This document shows, piece after piece, positions 61,801-64,000 of a DNA stretch of 64,000 nt. The first letter of the stretch is position 1. Every line of letters begins with the position of its first letter. The position numbers and the translations under genes are program-made. Below the pieces are notes generated by a model. It was not told where the DNA came from, ran no database searches, and worked only from the letters and a program-made list of their open reading frames with translations. This DNA is from Lama glama (lineage: Eukaryota): the NCBI GenBank assembly GCA_028534125.1, contig CM052816.1, forward strand, positions 91,080,001 through 91,144,000, read 5' to 3'.

Positions 61801-64000
61801 CCGGAGGTAGTTTGACAGTCCTAAAGATCTTCAGGAATGATCATTGCAATGTGAGTTCTTAAGAATATGGGAAATCTAAAAAGTGGCCAGAAAGGTGTGT
61901 TTGTGTGTGTGTGTTTGAGAGGGAACAGCAGTATCTGAAAATACTCTCCAGTGGACTGAATTGCCTAGCTGAATCAGAAAAGGGACTGAAGTCCTCTGTC
62001 CCATATGAAGGATGGAGATTCATGGAGCTCCACATTCTGGCCAACTTCACAGGCGCCAGACCTGTTCTTCTCGGGGTTCCCAGATGCTCGTGGGTCATGT
62101 GAGGGTAGTGTCTGCAGACAGTGCTCCCGGACCCAGGGACCCCCATGGAGAAGTCAGGAGTTAGGACCCAAGTGGTGCCAGAAGGAATTCCACACGAAAT
62201 ACCGATTTCCAGGTCAGGAAACTTTTGGAATAAGTGAAGCCTATTTGTTGTCCAATCCCCAGCTTAGTTCTTGAATATTTTTCTCCCCAACAGCCCTAGA
62301 TTCAATTAAATGTCACTTGACAAAGAAGTGTCATATATAATGAGAGCGAGAGAGAAATCATTTTGGGGTCACATGTACACGTCCACTCATTTTTCAGCAG
62401 TGCCTTTAGTCGTCTTGAAATCTCCCGGCCAGGACTGGTGACAGGTACCACCACACTCAGTGCCTGTGGATTGGAATGAACGGAAGGGAGTGATACTGAG
62501 GGACATCATTTGTTCTCTGCCAGGACTCATTTGTCTCAGCAGTACTTTCTGTTGTGCTCACAGGCTCTTGGGGTGAAAGAGATGAAGCGGGCTGCTAGCA
62601 CGTGTTCTCTCCTACAGAATTACACTCTATTTTTAGAGCTCTCGTGTCACATTTCTCAGTCTCACAGAACCCCCTAACGGAGAGGCCTGGGCGCTGCATC
62701 TCGAAATCAAAGTGCATTCGAGGTCCGAGGGTGCAGCCCTTAAACTGCGCAAAGACAGACTTGGCTTTAAATAACGATGTTTTTGTTTAGATCTTTTAAA
62801 GAAAATGGTACACCGTAATGTGAAAAAGAGGTATGAGAGGAAACGAAATAAAATCGTTAGATCCCACTTTGACCATGGGGGTTATTTGCTTCATAATAAA
62901 ACTCACCACTTGTTATTCCTACGTATGACACAGTTAAATTGCGTAAAATCCTTTCGATCCTTTTGAACCTTGCTCTTCAGTTGTTAGGACCATGGCAGTG
63001 TTTAGTCTAGGAATCATTATTCTCAGCTACTGAGGCAAGATTCTTCTGAGTGTTCTACCCGACATGTGAATGCTGAGGTTTTCCCGTCTAGTAGGTGGGA
63101 CCGGGCATCATTCCCAGCCATGGGAGCAGAGCTCATCCCTGACTTCCTTTCTGATGCCTTGTTCCTGGCCTCTGTGTTCCTCACCCGCACGCACCAGTCA
63201 CCTGCAGCTGGAGACTCCAGGGCACCCCGCAGGTGGTCCGTGTTCTCTCTGCCCTCTCTGTCCTGACACCTCCAGCCTCTTTGCCTCTCGCTTCTGTCTG
63301 CTCAACTCAGGTGGTCACCAGGACCCACCTGTCAGGCTCCTCTCTGCTCCGTGGCCTGAAACTCAAGGTGCCCCCCATGGCTCACTGTCCTTACCATAAT
63401 GCCCTGACTCTAGAAAATCAATGTACAGATATTTTATCTGTTTTCTCCTTTCTTTTATCTTTTTAGTTGTTTCAAATGGGAGGGCAAGCTGGGTCCCTGC
63501 TCTGCTATCTTGCCTGAAGCCAGTTCTCCGCTCCTCTCTATGTTTGAAACAGGAATTCTGTGTCACTTTCTCACTGGGTGCTTCTAGTTGTAACTCAGGG
63601 TAAGAAACAGCTGCCTCAGGATCACCTGGGACCCTTACGCAAAAGGCAGATTTCTGAGGTCACCCCAGGCCTGCACCAGCAGAATTTCTGTTGTGAGGCC
63701 ACGAGGCTGCTGTTTAAACAGTGCCTTGCGGTTTACACACTTTCCGTGTGAGAACTCCCAAAGAGATTACTTCGGCCGGAACATCTAATATATATGCCTA
63801 ATTGTATCCTTATGGGGACATGGGGGCAGAAAGAAGGGATGTCAGCGTCTGATTCTGCCAGGAAGCCAGAGCTCCCTTCTGTGATAAAGTGAGGCCACTT
63901 GTCTGAAGAGTCATCTTTTTAATTCTTATTCCCTTAGAGCTTCTCAGACAGGGTGGAACCAGAAATTGGTTCTTTAGTAAATGACCTCTTATCTTGACCA

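Noticed and set aside
245..63751. The numerous 60-180 aa ORFs in the six-frame track
   Set aside because: None resembles a protein I recognise. Many start at non-ATG codons or overlap repeats, and this density is expected by chance in mammalian non-coding DNA.
1..64000. Naming a host gene or its transcription strand
   Set aside because: No recognisable coding exon. The splice-like signals I noted are on +, but most L1 fragments are also on +, opposite to the usual intronic antisense bias, so the strand is unresolved.

Overview
Mammalian, essentially non-coding genomic DNA, most likely a camelid (alpaca/camel), judged from three copies of the tRNA-Ala-derived Vic-1-type SINE and artiodactyl/camelid-type L1 3' ends. 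It reads as part of a long intron or 5' regulatory region. It contains many retrotransposons (L1, L2, MIR, SINE), LTRs (MaLR, ERVL, ERV1), DNA transposon fossils (Tigger, hAT), microsatellites and a 500-N assembly gap. I recognise no protein-coding gene: the ORF track is almost entirely chance ORFs or repeat-derived ORFs, and I found no prokaryote-type system or CRISPR array. I cannot support a claim of a new biological system. The best observations are: (1) a young L1 with a perfect 17-bp target-site duplication (TSD) spanning the gap, implying the gap is probably undersized; (2) a 30-nt 3'-truncated U6 snRNA retrocopy with a TSD, nested in an old L1; (3) a muscle-type motif cluster next to a candidate 42-nt exon or first coding exon (MPEGEDFGPGK) near 44 kb; (4) a strong CTCF motif near 9.75 kb. 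Repeat subfamily names come from my recall of consensus sequences, not from alignment, and repeat boundaries are approximate.
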